From: a bacterium
GTDB lineage: Bacteria; Patescibacteriota; Patescibacteriia; UBA9934; GWF2-40-263
Length of the DNA stretch: 64,000 nucleotides
Assembly (NCBI GenBank): GCA_020057555.1
Contig: JAGVFR010000026.1
Location: forward strand, 22,631-86,630
Reading direction: 5' to 3'
The notes below the pieces were generated by a model. It saw only the letters and a program-made list of their open reading frames with translations, did not search any database and was not told where the DNA came from. Of this stretch, positions 46,661 to 56,186 are shown one piece after another (positions within the stretch are counted from its first letter, which is position 1; each line of letters begins with the position of its first letter). Both the position numbers and the translations under genes were made by a program.

Positions 46661-48144
46661 TGGTTACTTATAAGTACGGTAAAATGAGATTTTGGGAAAT
46701 GTTCCCCGGCCTTCTGGTTTGGGGAACTTTTTCACTTGCAATTGTTTTTTCATTTTTTCAACCGCTTTGGGTTATCATCGTAATTATTGTTTTTGATCTT
46801 TTGTGGTTGTTTAGGGTTATATATTTCAACATTTTCATTATTGCCGCATGGGTAAAATATCGTCGCACAAAAAAAATTGATTGGGCTAAACAGTTAGAGA
46901 CGCTTCCGTGCCCAAACGAAACATATCATTTGATTTTTCTTCCAACATATCAGGAAGAATATGACATTATTCATGGTACGCTTCGATCTTTGGGTGAAAA
47001 TACGTACGACAATAAGCGAATGATTATTGTGCTTTGTGGTGAAGAGGCTGATCGTGTTCGGTTTGAAAATGTGAGTGCACAAGCTTTGACAGAGTTTGGT
47101 TCAGTGTTTAAAAAACTCTATACAACAATTCATCCACGCGGTTTATTTGATGAAATTCCTGGTAAAGGTTCAAATTTACATTTTGCTGGAAACGAGATTG
47201 CTAAACGTTTAGCAATAGATTTTTCTGAAATTAAAGACGAGCATATTGTTGTCTCCGCGTTTGACATTGATACGATCGCTCATCCTCAATATTTTTCATT
47301 ACTCACATATCTTTATTGTACTATTGAAAATCCTACACATTCGTCATATCAACCAGTAACGCTTTTTTCAAATAACATTTGGACAGCTTCAGCTCCTGTT
47401 CGAATTGGTGCTTTTGGAACAACGTTTTGGTTGTTTGCAGAATTGGCTCGTCCAGAGCGACTTTGGACTTTCTCGTCTCATTCAATGCCGTGGAAGATGC
47501 TGAAAGATGTTGGATTTTGGCAAAAAGATATTGTTAGTGAAGATTCACGAATTTTTATGCAAGCATTCATGCATTACCACGGCGACTATCGTGTGACACC
47601 AGTTTTTTTACCGGTTTCAATGGATGCGGTTTTTGGAAAAACTTATTTTGAATCATTAAAAGCTCTTTACGTTCAAATGCGGAGATGGGCTTGGGGGATT
47701 GAGCATCTTCCGTATCTCATAGATGGTTTTCGAAATGATCCGCTCATTCCACTTCGCACAAAAATAAAATATGTGTTCAACCATATAGAAGGGATGTTCA
47801 CATGGGCGACAGCACCTCTTATCATGTTTGTTTTGGGATGGCTTCCGCTTTGGCTTGCAAAAGGAGAGTCAAATGCAATTGTCCAAGCGGCTCCGTTTAC
47901 ACTTGAACAGCTTATGCAATCTGCAATGATTGGAGTGCTTGTTTCTGCGGCCCTTGCTTTAACATTGTTGCCACGCCGTCCAGATAGTGTTCATAAACAC
48001 ACATGGATCGTAATGATATTACAGTGGATTCTTCTCCCGATCACTTTTATTTTATTTGGATCAATTCCAGCGATCGACGCACAAACGCGGTTGATGTTGG
48101 GAAAGTATTTAGGGTTTAAGGTTACGAAAAAAGTTCGCGCATAA
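46660..48144 (+). CDS. processive family-2 glycosyltransferase (cellulose/chitin-synthase-like) integral membrane protein
   Basis: QxxRW motif (VQMRRWAWG), DxD-type motif (SAFDIDT), multiple TM helices. Confidence 0.75.
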   Translation: MVTYKYGKMRFWEMFPGLLVWGTFSLAIVFSFFQPLWVIIVIIVFDLLWLFRVIYFNIFIIAAWVKYRRTKKIDWAKQLETLPCPNETYHLIFLPTYQEEYDIIHGTLRSLGENTYDNKRMIIVLCGEEADRVRFENVSAQALTEFGSVFKKLYTTIHPRGLFDEIPGKGSNLHFAGNEIAKRLAIDFSEIKDEHIVVSAFDIDTIAHPQYFSLLTYLYCTIENPTHSSYQPVTLFSNNIWTASAPVRIGAFGTTFWLFAELARPERLWTFSSHSMPWKMLKDVGFWQKDIVSEDSRIFMQAFMHYHGDYRVTPVFLPVSMDAVFGKTYFESLKALYVQMRRWAWGIEHLPYLIDGFRNDPLIPLRTKIKYVFNHIEGMFTWATAPLIMFVLGWLPLWLAKGESNAIVQAAPFTLEQLMQSAMIGVLVSAALALTLLPRRPDSVHKHTWIVMILQWILLPITFILFGSIPAIDAQTRLMLGKYLGFKVTKKVRA

Positions 48145-48233
48145 AATCACTTTCATAGGATGGTTGTTTTCTTGTGGCGTATTGCTTAACATACTCGATA
48201 GCGTGATCTATCCGCACTAACATAGTTAACCGA

Positions 48234-48308
48234 GGATCAGTTTGCATCATGTCGTAAGGAACAACGGCGAAGAGTCCGTTGGCCCGGAGATATGGTGCAA
48301 ACTGATCC
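48234..48308 (+). repeat. conserved-core hairpin element, copy 4
   Basis: Stem GGATCAGTTTGCATCAT / ATGGTGCAAACTGATCC around core GTCGTAAGGAACAACGGCGAAGAGTCCGTTGGCCCGGAGAT. Confidence 0.7.
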
Positions 48309-48314
48309 TAGATT

Positions 48315-49364
48315 ATGTACCCACCTCTTTCAATTCACATAGTTGCATGGAACTCCATGCGTTTTCTGCCTGATTTATTTAAAAGTTTGTCTAATCAGAC
48401 ATACCGAGATTTCAATATTCTTGTAATTGATAATGGTTCAACCGATGGCGTGGAAGCTTACATACGTGAACATTATCCGGAAATTACAATTTTACGCAAT
48501 GCCCGCAATCTAGGTTTTTCAGGTGCACACAATCAGGGAATTCGTTACGCACTCGAACATTGGGAACCGTCTAGCTATAAAGATAATTTTGTTTTGGTTA
48601 CAAATCCGGATTTGATTTTACCACCTAATTTTGTTGAAACGCTCATGCGTGATGTTTCATCTCATCCAACAGTTGGAGCATTTGGTGGAAAATTGCGCCG
48701 CGCGTTTGGTGAGAATCTTACTGACGAAGCGCTTCAGGAAACAATTCAATCTGATCTAATTGATTCAACAGGTTTGCATGCTCACAAAAATAGATCATTT
48801 ACGGATCGTGGAGCAGGTGAAATGGACAAAGGTCAATACGACGAGTCGCGTGATGTGTTTGGAATTTCAGGAGCGCTTGTTTTGTATCGTGCCGCGGCAC
48901 TTGACGATATTCGTTTCGAAGATGAATTTTTTGATGAAGATTTTTTTGCGTACAAAGAAGATGTTGATCTTGCTTGGCGGCTTCAGCGATTTGGATGGGA
49001 TGCACGTTTTGTGTCAGAAGCGGTTGCATTTCATTATCGCGGAATGTACGCGCCTGAAAAAATTGGCATTGTTGCGCGAATCAAAAATCGTCGAAACAAG
49101 TCAAAGCTACGCAGTTATTATTCAAACCGAAATCAATGGTTGCTTCTCGCGAAAGATCTTCCATTTATTGATTTTCTGTTCGCTTGCGTTTGGATAGTTC
49201 CATCGGAAATTGGAAGATTCATTTTTACTTTATTGTTTGAGACGAGGAATACACTAGCTTTCATTGATGCTGTCAAACTTTTTCCGCGTATGTTTAGGAA
49301 ACGTTTATGGATTAAGAAACATCAAAAGCGATCTTCAAAAGAACTTCGTCGATGGTTCAAATAG
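48315..49364 (+). CDS. family-2 glycosyltransferase
   Basis: ILVIDNGSTDG GT2 motif; 349 aa. Confidence 0.8.
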   Translation: MYPPLSIHIVAWNSMRFLPDLFKSLSNQTYRDFNILVIDNGSTDGVEAYIREHYPEITILRNARNLGFSGAHNQGIRYALEHWEPSSYKDNFVLVTNPDLILPPNFVETLMRDVSSHPTVGAFGGKLRRAFGENLTDEALQETIQSDLIDSTGLHAHKNRSFTDRGAGEMDKGQYDESRDVFGISGALVLYRAAALDDIRFEDEFFDEDFFAYKEDVDLAWRLQRFGWDARFVSEAVAFHYRGMYAPEKIGIVARIKNRRNKSKLRSYYSNRNQWLLLAKDLPFIDFLFACVWIVPSEIGRFIFTLLFETRNTLAFIDAVKLFPRMFRKRLWIKKHQKRSSKELRRWFK

Positions 49365-50209
49365 AATATATGAAAAAAGATTTGTCAATTTTGATCGTGC
49401 ATTACAATACTCCTGGACTTTTGCGTCAAACGCTCAAGGGAATTTTTACTTCAAAAATAAATATCAGCTTTGAAGTTATTGTTGTTGATAATAATCCAAA
49501 AATTCGTGTGCGCGACTGGGTGCAAAAAGAATTTCCATTTGTGAATGTTGTGATGAGTGATAAAAACATCGGCTTTGGAAATGGAATGAATTTAGCAATG
49601 CAACATACTAATGCGCGATACTATCTTGTGTTTAATCCTGACATTGCGGTTTTTGATGGAGTGTTTGATTCAATGGTTGCATACATGGACGCGCATCCTG
49701 ATATTGGAATGTTAGGACCAAAACTTTTGAACCCGGATCGTACACTACAATACAGTTGTTACAGATTTATGGGACCGTCGATTATTTTATATAGAAGAAT
49801 TCCGATTTTGCGTTCGCTCGGTTTTGCAAAACGCGCTGACAGTGAATATCAAATGAAGGATTGGGATCATAACCAAGTTCAAGACGTTGATTATCTTCTT
49901 GGCGCGGCAATGCTTGTTAGAAAAGAAGCGGTTGATAAAGTTGGAGGATTTGATCCTGAATATTTTATTTATTTTGAAGATCAAGATTGGTGTCGCAGAT
50001 TTTGGCTTGCTGAATGGCGAGTTGTTTATAATCCAAACATTCAATTTGTGCACTATCATCGTCGCGAAACAGCTGAAGGATCGTTCTTGGAGCAAATTCG
50101 AAATCCACTTACACGCCTTCAAGCAAAAAGTGCGATATACTATTATCAGAAATATAAAGGTTCGATAAATCCAAGACATGCATACTCCGTCAGCAATTCA
50201 TCAAAGTGA
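49352..50209 (+). CDS. family-2 glycosyltransferase
   Basis: LSILIVHYNTP...VVDNNP GT2 N-terminal motifs. Confidence 0.8.
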   Translation: MVQIEYMKKDLSILIVHYNTPGLLRQTLKGIFTSKINISFEVIVVDNNPKIRVRDWVQKEFPFVNVVMSDKNIGFGNGMNLAMQHTNARYYLVFNPDIAVFDGVFDSMVAYMDAHPDIGMLGPKLLNPDRTLQYSCYRFMGPSIILYRRIPILRSLGFAKRADSEYQMKDWDHNQVQDVDYLLGAAMLVRKEAVDKVGGFDPEYFIYFEDQDWCRRFWLAEWRVVYNPNIQFVHYHRRETAEGSFLEQIRNPLTRLQAKSAIYYYQKYKGSINPRHAYSVSNSSK

Positions 50210-52091
50210 ACCTTCGATCATTCACCGTCGCCATCGTCGTCGGCAATTTTTTCGTGCATTCATTGTTGTACTTGTGGTTTTGTTGGCAGGTTGGTTTATT
50301 ATGCTTCTTCTTGTACTGGGTCAAGCCGCGGCGGCAACTCTTGATACTCGCGATGCGATTTCTGATACTGCAAAAAACGTTAAGTCACTTCATTTTTCAG
50401 AAGCACAAAAAAATCTTGCACGAGCGGCTCAATCAATCAAAGAAGCAGAACAAAGTGTATTTTTGCTTGAGCGTGTTTGGTTTCTTCCAGGTCTCAAAGA
50501 TGAGTTTTCAAATTTGAAAGGAACTTTTATTTCAAGCGGGCAATTGGTTGACTCATTATCAAATGTTATTTCGTTAGGACAAGATGTAACTCAATTAGCA
50601 GGACTTGGAAACACATCAGTAACTTTTGATGCCCTTTCTCCATCTACAAAACTTGTTATTCTTGAAAGATTAAGCACAGCATCAAATGACTTTGATCTTC
50701 TATCATCAAGACTTCAAATTACAAAAGAAGAATTGACTTTACTAAAAGACAGTCGTTTTGCTTCTCCATTTCTTGGAGTTCTAAATCCAGTTGTTGATCA
50801 GATGGATCAAGTTGAAGATCAACTTAAAGTTGCGTCTGTTCTGGCGCATTTGTTGCCTGAATTTTCTGGTTTTGGAAAACAAAAAAATCATTTGTTGTTG
50901 TTTTTGAATAATGATGAGCTCCGTCCGGGTGGTGGATTTATTGGAACGTATGGTGTGATGAATGTTTCAAACGGAGAAGTTTTGCAAACAAAAACAGCAG
51001 ATGTTTACGCGCTTGATGATTCGTCTAAAAATTTTGTAACTGCTGTTCCGCCAGTTCCTTTGCAAAAATATAACGCAACTTCAAAATGGTATTTTAGAGA
51101 TTCAAATTGGAGTCCTGATTTTGCTGTTAGCTCAAAAGAATCAATCAAGGCTTTTGAATATGAATCAAACATCAACATTGATTCCGTAATTGGATTTACT
51201 CCAACGTTTGCTTCAGCGCTTTTAGGCGAGCTTGGACCAATTGAAGTTGATGGTCAAACTTTTACATCAAAAAATGTTCCTGATTTGATTGAGTTTCAAG
51301 TTGAGAAAGGTTTTTGGGAAAGCGGTATTCCAGTTGATCAACGAAAGGAAGTATTGGCTGATTTAGTTAAGGAAGTTCAGTCGCGTTTAATAGCTTTGCC
51401 GTTTTCTAAATGGGGCAATATTTTCACAATTGTTGATGAAGAATTGAAATCAAAACAGCTTGCAGTATTCAGCGAAAACGAGCAGGTTCAACAAACGCTT
51501 GTTAATGTTGGTTGGGCTGGAGTTTCCTCATTTTCAACACCAGATGTTCAATGGTTTGTTGATGCGAATCTTGCGAGTTTGAAATCAGATCCAGTTGTAA
51601 ATCGTTCGATTCGATATTCGTTTTTTAGAAATGAAAGTGGTTCATGGATTGGTCGAACATCAGTAACATATGACCATGTTGGACAATTTGATTGGCGAAC
51701 AACCCGCTATCGAAGTTACACACGGCTTTTTGTGCCACTTGGAACAACTTTTATTCGTGCGCAAGGTCTAAATGAAGGTCCGGAAGTTTTTGAAGAACTT
51801 GGAATGAGTGTGTTTGGTGGTTTTGTTTCAGTTGAACCTGGAGAAGAGAAAACGATTACATACGAATATGAACTTTCTGATACAGTTGTAAAAGCAATCG
51901 CGCAACAGACGTACAGCCTAACCGTTTTAAAACAGATGGGCGCTCGTGACTATGCATTGACGCTTGATCTAGATTTTGATAAGAATATCTTGCACGCGGT
52001 TCCAGCAGAGAATCGAAACGAGTGGGGGGATGATCGCTATCGTTTGAATACAAAATTGAGTCAGGATGTTGATATAGCCGTCAGCCTCTAG
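50178..52091 (+). CDS. hypothetical membrane-anchored extracellular protein (possibly DUF4012-like)
   Basis: N-terminal Arg-rich stretch plus TM; 637 aa; sits inside the glycosyltransferase cluster. Confidence 0.55.
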   Translation: MHTPSAIHQSEPSIIHRRHRRRQFFRAFIVVLVVLLAGWFIMLLLVLGQAAAATLDTRDAISDTAKNVKSLHFSEAQKNLARAAQSIKEAEQSVFLLERVWFLPGLKDEFSNLKGTFISSGQLVDSLSNVISLGQDVTQLAGLGNTSVTFDALSPSTKLVILERLSTASNDFDLLSSRLQITKEELTLLKDSRFASPFLGVLNPVVDQMDQVEDQLKVASVLAHLLPEFSGFGKQKNHLLLFLNNDELRPGGGFIGTYGVMNVSNGEVLQTKTADVYALDDSSKNFVTAVPPVPLQKYNATSKWYFRDSNWSPDFAVSSKESIKAFEYESNINIDSVIGFTPTFASALLGELGPIEVDGQTFTSKNVPDLIEFQVEKGFWESGIPVDQRKEVLADLVKEVQSRLIALPFSKWGNIFTIVDEELKSKQLAVFSENEQVQQTLVNVGWAGVSSFSTPDVQWFVDANLASLKSDPVVNRSIRYSFFRNESGSWIGRTSVTYDHVGQFDWRTTRYRSYTRLFVPLGTTFIRAQGLNEGPEVFEELGMSVFGGFVSVEPGEEKTITYEYELSDTVVKAIAQQTYSLTVLKQMGARDYALTLDLDFDKNILHAVPAENRNEWGDDRYRLNTKLSQDVDIAVSL

Positions 52092-52155
52092 CTATTAGCC
52101 GTTAGTATAAATAAGTGAAGCCAAAGCCTAAAGGCTAATGGCTAACAGCTAATGG
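52088..52155. repeat. TAGCC-repeat inverted pair immediately upstream of mreB
   Basis: CTAGCTATTAGCCGTTAG ... CCTAAAGGCTAATGGCTAACAGCTAATGGCC; overlaps the stop of the upstream gene. Confidence 0.65.
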
Positions 52156-52165
52156 CCACGCTCCT

Positions 52166-53170
52166 ATGTTTCAAAAAAAAATTGGAATTGATCTTGGAAC
52201 AACCACTGTCCTCGTTTATGTTCCTAAACGAGGCATTATTATAAATGAGCCATCTGTTGTTGCTGTTTCATATATTGATAAAAAAGTTTTGGCTGTTGGA
52301 AAAGAAGCAAAGGACATGCTTGGACGAACACCAGATACGATTGTCGCGCGACGTCCACTTAAAGATGGAGTGATTGCCGACTATCGAACAACCGAAGCAA
52401 TGCTTCGATATTTTATAAACAAAGCTCTTGGTGGTTTTCGTTTATTTCGTCCAGAAGTTATGGTTGCTGTTCCAGGAGGAATTACTTCAACAGAACGTCG
52501 TGCTGTTATTGACGCGACTCTCGCGGCAGGAGCAAAAGCGGCATACATCATCAAAGAACCGATCGTTGCCGCGATTGGCGCAAACATTCCAATTGGTTCT
52601 CCATCTGGTCATATGATAATTGATATTGGAGGAGGAACTTCGGAAATGGCCGTGATTTCACTTGGAGGAATTGTTGCTTCAGAGTCAGTTCGAATTGGTG
52701 GAGTGAAGTTTGACCTTGCGATTTCGGAATATATTCGCCGAAAGTATGGTCTTGCAATTGGTGAACGAACTTCCGAAGACATCAAGATTCAGATTGGCGC
52801 GGCAATGTATCTTCCTGATAAATTATCAATGGAAGTAAAAGGACGCGACATGATCACAGGACTTCCTAAAATAATTGAAGTTACTTCTGATGATGTTACA
52901 GTTGCTATTCAAAGTGAGCTTGAAGGAATCATCTCGACAGTTAAAGAAGTTTTACACAAAACACCTCCTGAACTTTCAGCTGATGTGATGGACAAAGGGA
53001 TTATGCTTTCTGGCGGATCCGCGCAACTTCGCAGTTTAGACACTCTTATCGCTGAAGCAACCGGTGTTCCAACTTTTGTGGCAGAAGATCCACAGCAATG
53101 TGTTGCCAAAGGAACAGGAATCGCGCTTGAAAATCTTGATGCTTATAAGCGAAGTATTTTTACGAGTTAA
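52166..53170 (+). CDS. mreB: rod-shape-determining protein MreB
   Basis: IGIDLGTTTVLVY actin-fold N-terminus and MreB layout. Confidence 0.95.
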   Translation: MFQKKIGIDLGTTTVLVYVPKRGIIINEPSVVAVSYIDKKVLAVGKEAKDMLGRTPDTIVARRPLKDGVIADYRTTEAMLRYFINKALGGFRLFRPEVMVAVPGGITSTERRAVIDATLAAGAKAAYIIKEPIVAAIGANIPIGSPSGHMIIDIGGGTSEMAVISLGGIVASESVRIGGVKFDLAISEYIRRKYGLAIGERTSEDIKIQIGAAMYLPDKLSMEVKGRDMITGLPKIIEVTSDDVTVAIQSELEGIISTVKEVLHKTPPELSADVMDKGIMLSGGSAQLRSLDTLIAEATGVPTFVAEDPQQCVAKGTGIALENLDAYKRSIFTS

Positions 53171-53174
53171 AATT

Positions 53175-54341
53175 ATGGAAAAGGAGGTTAACTTTTTACA
53201 CGATTCTCATTCAGCAATTTTTGCGATTGATGCTTCTTCGGCTAATAAAGATAAACGAACAGGAGTTGAGAATTACGCGTTTCATTTGATTGAAGCAATG
53301 AAAAAAGAACCGCTCAAGGTGGGAGAGCGTGTTGTTTTATTTTCACCAACTCCTTTGCAAGGAACACTTGCACAAATGCCAAGCAGTTGGGAATCACGTG
53401 TTCTTGGTTGGAAATTGAAGCGCGGATGGATGCAATTGCGTGTGAGCTGGGAATTGCTACGACGTCGGTCGTCAGTTTTTTTTGTACCGGCGCAAGGAAT
53501 TCCAAATTTTTCATTTCGTGTTTTAATTGTCACAACGATTCATGACATTGCTTTTCGTCGTATTGGAAATTTATATAGTTCGTCAGTTCGAAAACGTGTC
53601 GCGTCTGCAACATCACGCGCAATAAAAAAAGCAGAGCATCTTATTAGTGTTTCTCAATTTACAAAAGAAGAATTGAAAACCGTTTACAATGTTTCTGAAA
53701 CAAAAATTACAGTCACTCCACTTTCTGCGGCAACAGAAATATACAAACGTTTAGACGCGAAAGCGATCGAATTGGTTTTACAAAAATACCGTTTGGGTCA
53801 TAATTTTTTCTTGTTTGTCGGACGATTGGAAAAAAAGAAAAGCGTTTCAACAATTATTCGAGCGTTTGAGTTGTTCAAACAGAATCGCGGAATGGGAGAT
53901 CCCTTTGAGCTTGTGCTTGTTGGTGAGCAAGGATTTGGGTATGAGGAAATTAGAACGTGCGTTGAACGTTCACCACAACGAACACTGATTCGCGAAGTCG
54001 GTTATCTTTCTGATCAAGAAGTTTCTGCACTGATGAATGTCTCGACCGCATTATTGTTTCCATCATTATATGAAGGATTTGGAATTCCAAACCTTGAAGC
54101 AATGGCTTGCGGAACAGTTTTGTTAACATCGGATATTCCAGTTCATCACGAAGTCGCAGGCCCTGCCGCGATTTATATTTCACCCAAAGACCCAGAGTTG
54201 TGGGCAAAGCAAATGACTCGACTGGTAGCTGATCCACTGCTCCGCGAACGATTGATTGAAAATGGAAGTATTCGTGTTGCAGAATTTTCTTGGGAGAAAA
54301 CCGCAAAACAGACATGGGAAGTTCTGCGTAGTTTGGTATAA
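53175..54341 (+). CDS. family-1 (GT4-like) glycosyltransferase
   Basis: EGFGIPNLEAMACGTVLLTSD GT1 C-terminal motif; start at ATG 53175 after the mreB stop (ORF opens at 53064). Confidence 0.85.
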   Translation: MEKEVNFLHDSHSAIFAIDASSANKDKRTGVENYAFHLIEAMKKEPLKVGERVVLFSPTPLQGTLAQMPSSWESRVLGWKLKRGWMQLRVSWELLRRRSSVFFVPAQGIPNFSFRVLIVTTIHDIAFRRIGNLYSSSVRKRVASATSRAIKKAEHLISVSQFTKEELKTVYNVSETKITVTPLSAATEIYKRLDAKAIELVLQKYRLGHNFFLFVGRLEKKKSVSTIIRAFELFKQNRGMGDPFELVLVGEQGFGYEEIRTCVERSPQRTLIREVGYLSDQEVSALMNVSTALLFPSLYEGFGIPNLEAMACGTVLLTSDIPVHHEVAGPAAIYISPKDPELWAKQMTRLVADPLLRERLIENGSIRVAEFSWEKTAKQTWEVLRSLV

Positions 54342-54371
54342 TCACTCCATTACTCCATCACTTTTTAATCT

Positions 54372-55148
54372 ATGGACGAATTAATGAACGAACTCAAGCA
54401 TTTAGGTTTATCTGACAAAGAGGCGTCTGTTTATCTTGCATCGCTTGAACTTGGCCCAGCTTCTGTGCAAGACATATCGCACAAAGCAAAAATAAATCGC
54501 GCGACAACATACGTGATGATAGAGGTATTGTCAGGACGTGGACTTCTTTCAACTTTTGTAAAAGGGAAGAAACGTTTTTACGCGCCAGAAAGTCCTGATC
54601 GATTGATTTCCATTTTACGCGTGCAACAGAAAGAACTTGAAGAAAAAGAAAAAGAGTTTGCAAAGTCGCTTCCATTGTTGCTCGCGCTTTATAATGCTGA
54701 AGGAGCAAAGCCGCAGATTCGATATTTGGAAGGGCCAGAAGGATTGCGATCTTTGCGTCAGACTTTTGAAAAATTGAATGGGGAATTTGTTCAGATTCTT
54801 TCGATTGACGATGCGTTGGCAACAAGAGAACTAATGGAAGAAAGTCCGAAACATGTTTCCGCTCTTCGACAAGCAAGCACTTCTTATAGAATTTTGGCAG
54901 TTTTAGATAAGAAGGAACCAAAAGATATTCCGGAGATGGGAACAGGCGAAATTAGAATGGTTCCGTTTTTGGAGTTTCCAATGCACGGTGAGATTACCGT
55001 GCGAGGAAATCATGTGTTTTTGTTTTCATATCGTTCAGCAGTTTTGGCTGTTGTGATTGTAAGTAAAGAGGTCGCTGATGCGGCTCGGGCATTGTTTGAG
55101 CTTGCTTGGAAAGGAGCAAAAGATTTTCAATCAAGAATGGATAAATAA
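54372..55148 (+). CDS. TrmB-family transcriptional regulator
   Basis: N-terminal LGLSDKEASVYLASLELGPASVQDISHKAKINRATTYVMIEVL wHTH typical of TrmB-like regulators. Confidence 0.7.
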   Translation: MDELMNELKHLGLSDKEASVYLASLELGPASVQDISHKAKINRATTYVMIEVLSGRGLLSTFVKGKKRFYAPESPDRLISILRVQQKELEEKEKEFAKSLPLLLALYNAEGAKPQIRYLEGPEGLRSLRQTFEKLNGEFVQILSIDDALATRELMEESPKHVSALRQASTSYRILAVLDKKEPKDIPEMGTGEIRMVPFLEFPMHGEITVRGNHVFLFSYRSAVLAVVIVSKEVADAARALFELAWKGAKDFQSRMDK

Positions 55149-55677
55149 CAAAATAGGACCGAGTGTGGTCCGTTGTTGAGAGAGATAAGATATGAGAGAA
55201 GCGCAACAATGTGCGCGAGAGCTTTTTTATGTGAAGCTAGAAAAGGAGCTACGATCCGAGAGCACAATGCATGTGCGGTTGGAGAAACGCCGGATTGAAC
55301 CGACGCGGGTTGAGTTCGTTTGCGTACGTTTTGAGAACCATTCCTGCTTCCATTTTATTACCTCGGACTTTGCCGGCTTGGCCTGCCGGCCAGGCATCTC
55401 ATCCAAAACTTTTAGGATGAGAATATACTCTAGCAATTTTTGTTGATTTTGTCAAGCCAATTGGACTGACTAAGAAGAATTTGGAGAATTTGTTGATATT
55501 TATTAACATATTTTGTCCTGTGACCATTGACAAGCAAAAGATTATTTGATAGTTTGGTCGGTTCACTCAAGAAGTGGGCAATGAGGAAGAGAGGACATAA
55601 AACCGACCAACTCCCAATGGCCGGTTTTATCTTAGTCGAAACATGGTACATGGGTTCATGTGTGTGATAAACAAAAA

Positions 55678-55708
55678 GACGTCCTGTAAACAGGGCGTCT
55701 TTTTTTTG
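55678..55708 (+). terminator. intrinsic terminator with no upstream CDS (possible sRNA 3' end)
   Basis: GACCGTCCTG-TAAA-CAGGGCGTC hairpin followed by T8; TTGACA at 55527 and the hairpin 55554-55610 lie upstream. Confidence 0.55.
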
Positions 55709-55718
55709 GGAAAGAGCT

Positions 55719-55838
55719 ATAGCCATCACATTATAAAATGGGACTTTAGACGACTTACCTGTGGATGGGATGCGAAGGACAAGCAGACCGCCACAGGAAA
55801 GGATGGATAAATCCTATTTCATAATGTGATGGCTATAC
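55719..55838. repeat. 120-nt element bounded by perfect 17-bp terminal inverted repeats
   Basis: TATAGCCATCACATTAT ... ATAATGTGATGGCTATA; internal CCTGTGG...CCACAGG and GGAT..ATCC sub-hairpins. Confidence 0.6.
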
Positions 55839-56186
55839 AGTCTTGCGACCGCGCGGTCGTTGGACATTACATTATGATTCCGTACTTATAAAGATGAAAA
55901 ACAAGCAGGTTGCCATTTTTAATTTTTTATGGAGTATGGAACCATAATGTAATGTCCACATTCCTCTCACAGGTCTTCATTGCAAGCATGGAGCAATGGA
56001 AAACTGTGATTGGAGGGCGACGTTGGAAAGATATCCTTCGTCGCCCAAGAGTTTGCCTTCTCGGCTGGAGGCTCTGCTTCCTCTTGGCTCACCGTTTTAG
56101 GAAGGTGACTCCTTTTTGTCGCGTGTTTCAGATTGTAGTGGAATGTGTTAACTCACTTTGCCCTCCTAAATGTTTGGTTTTTTTGG

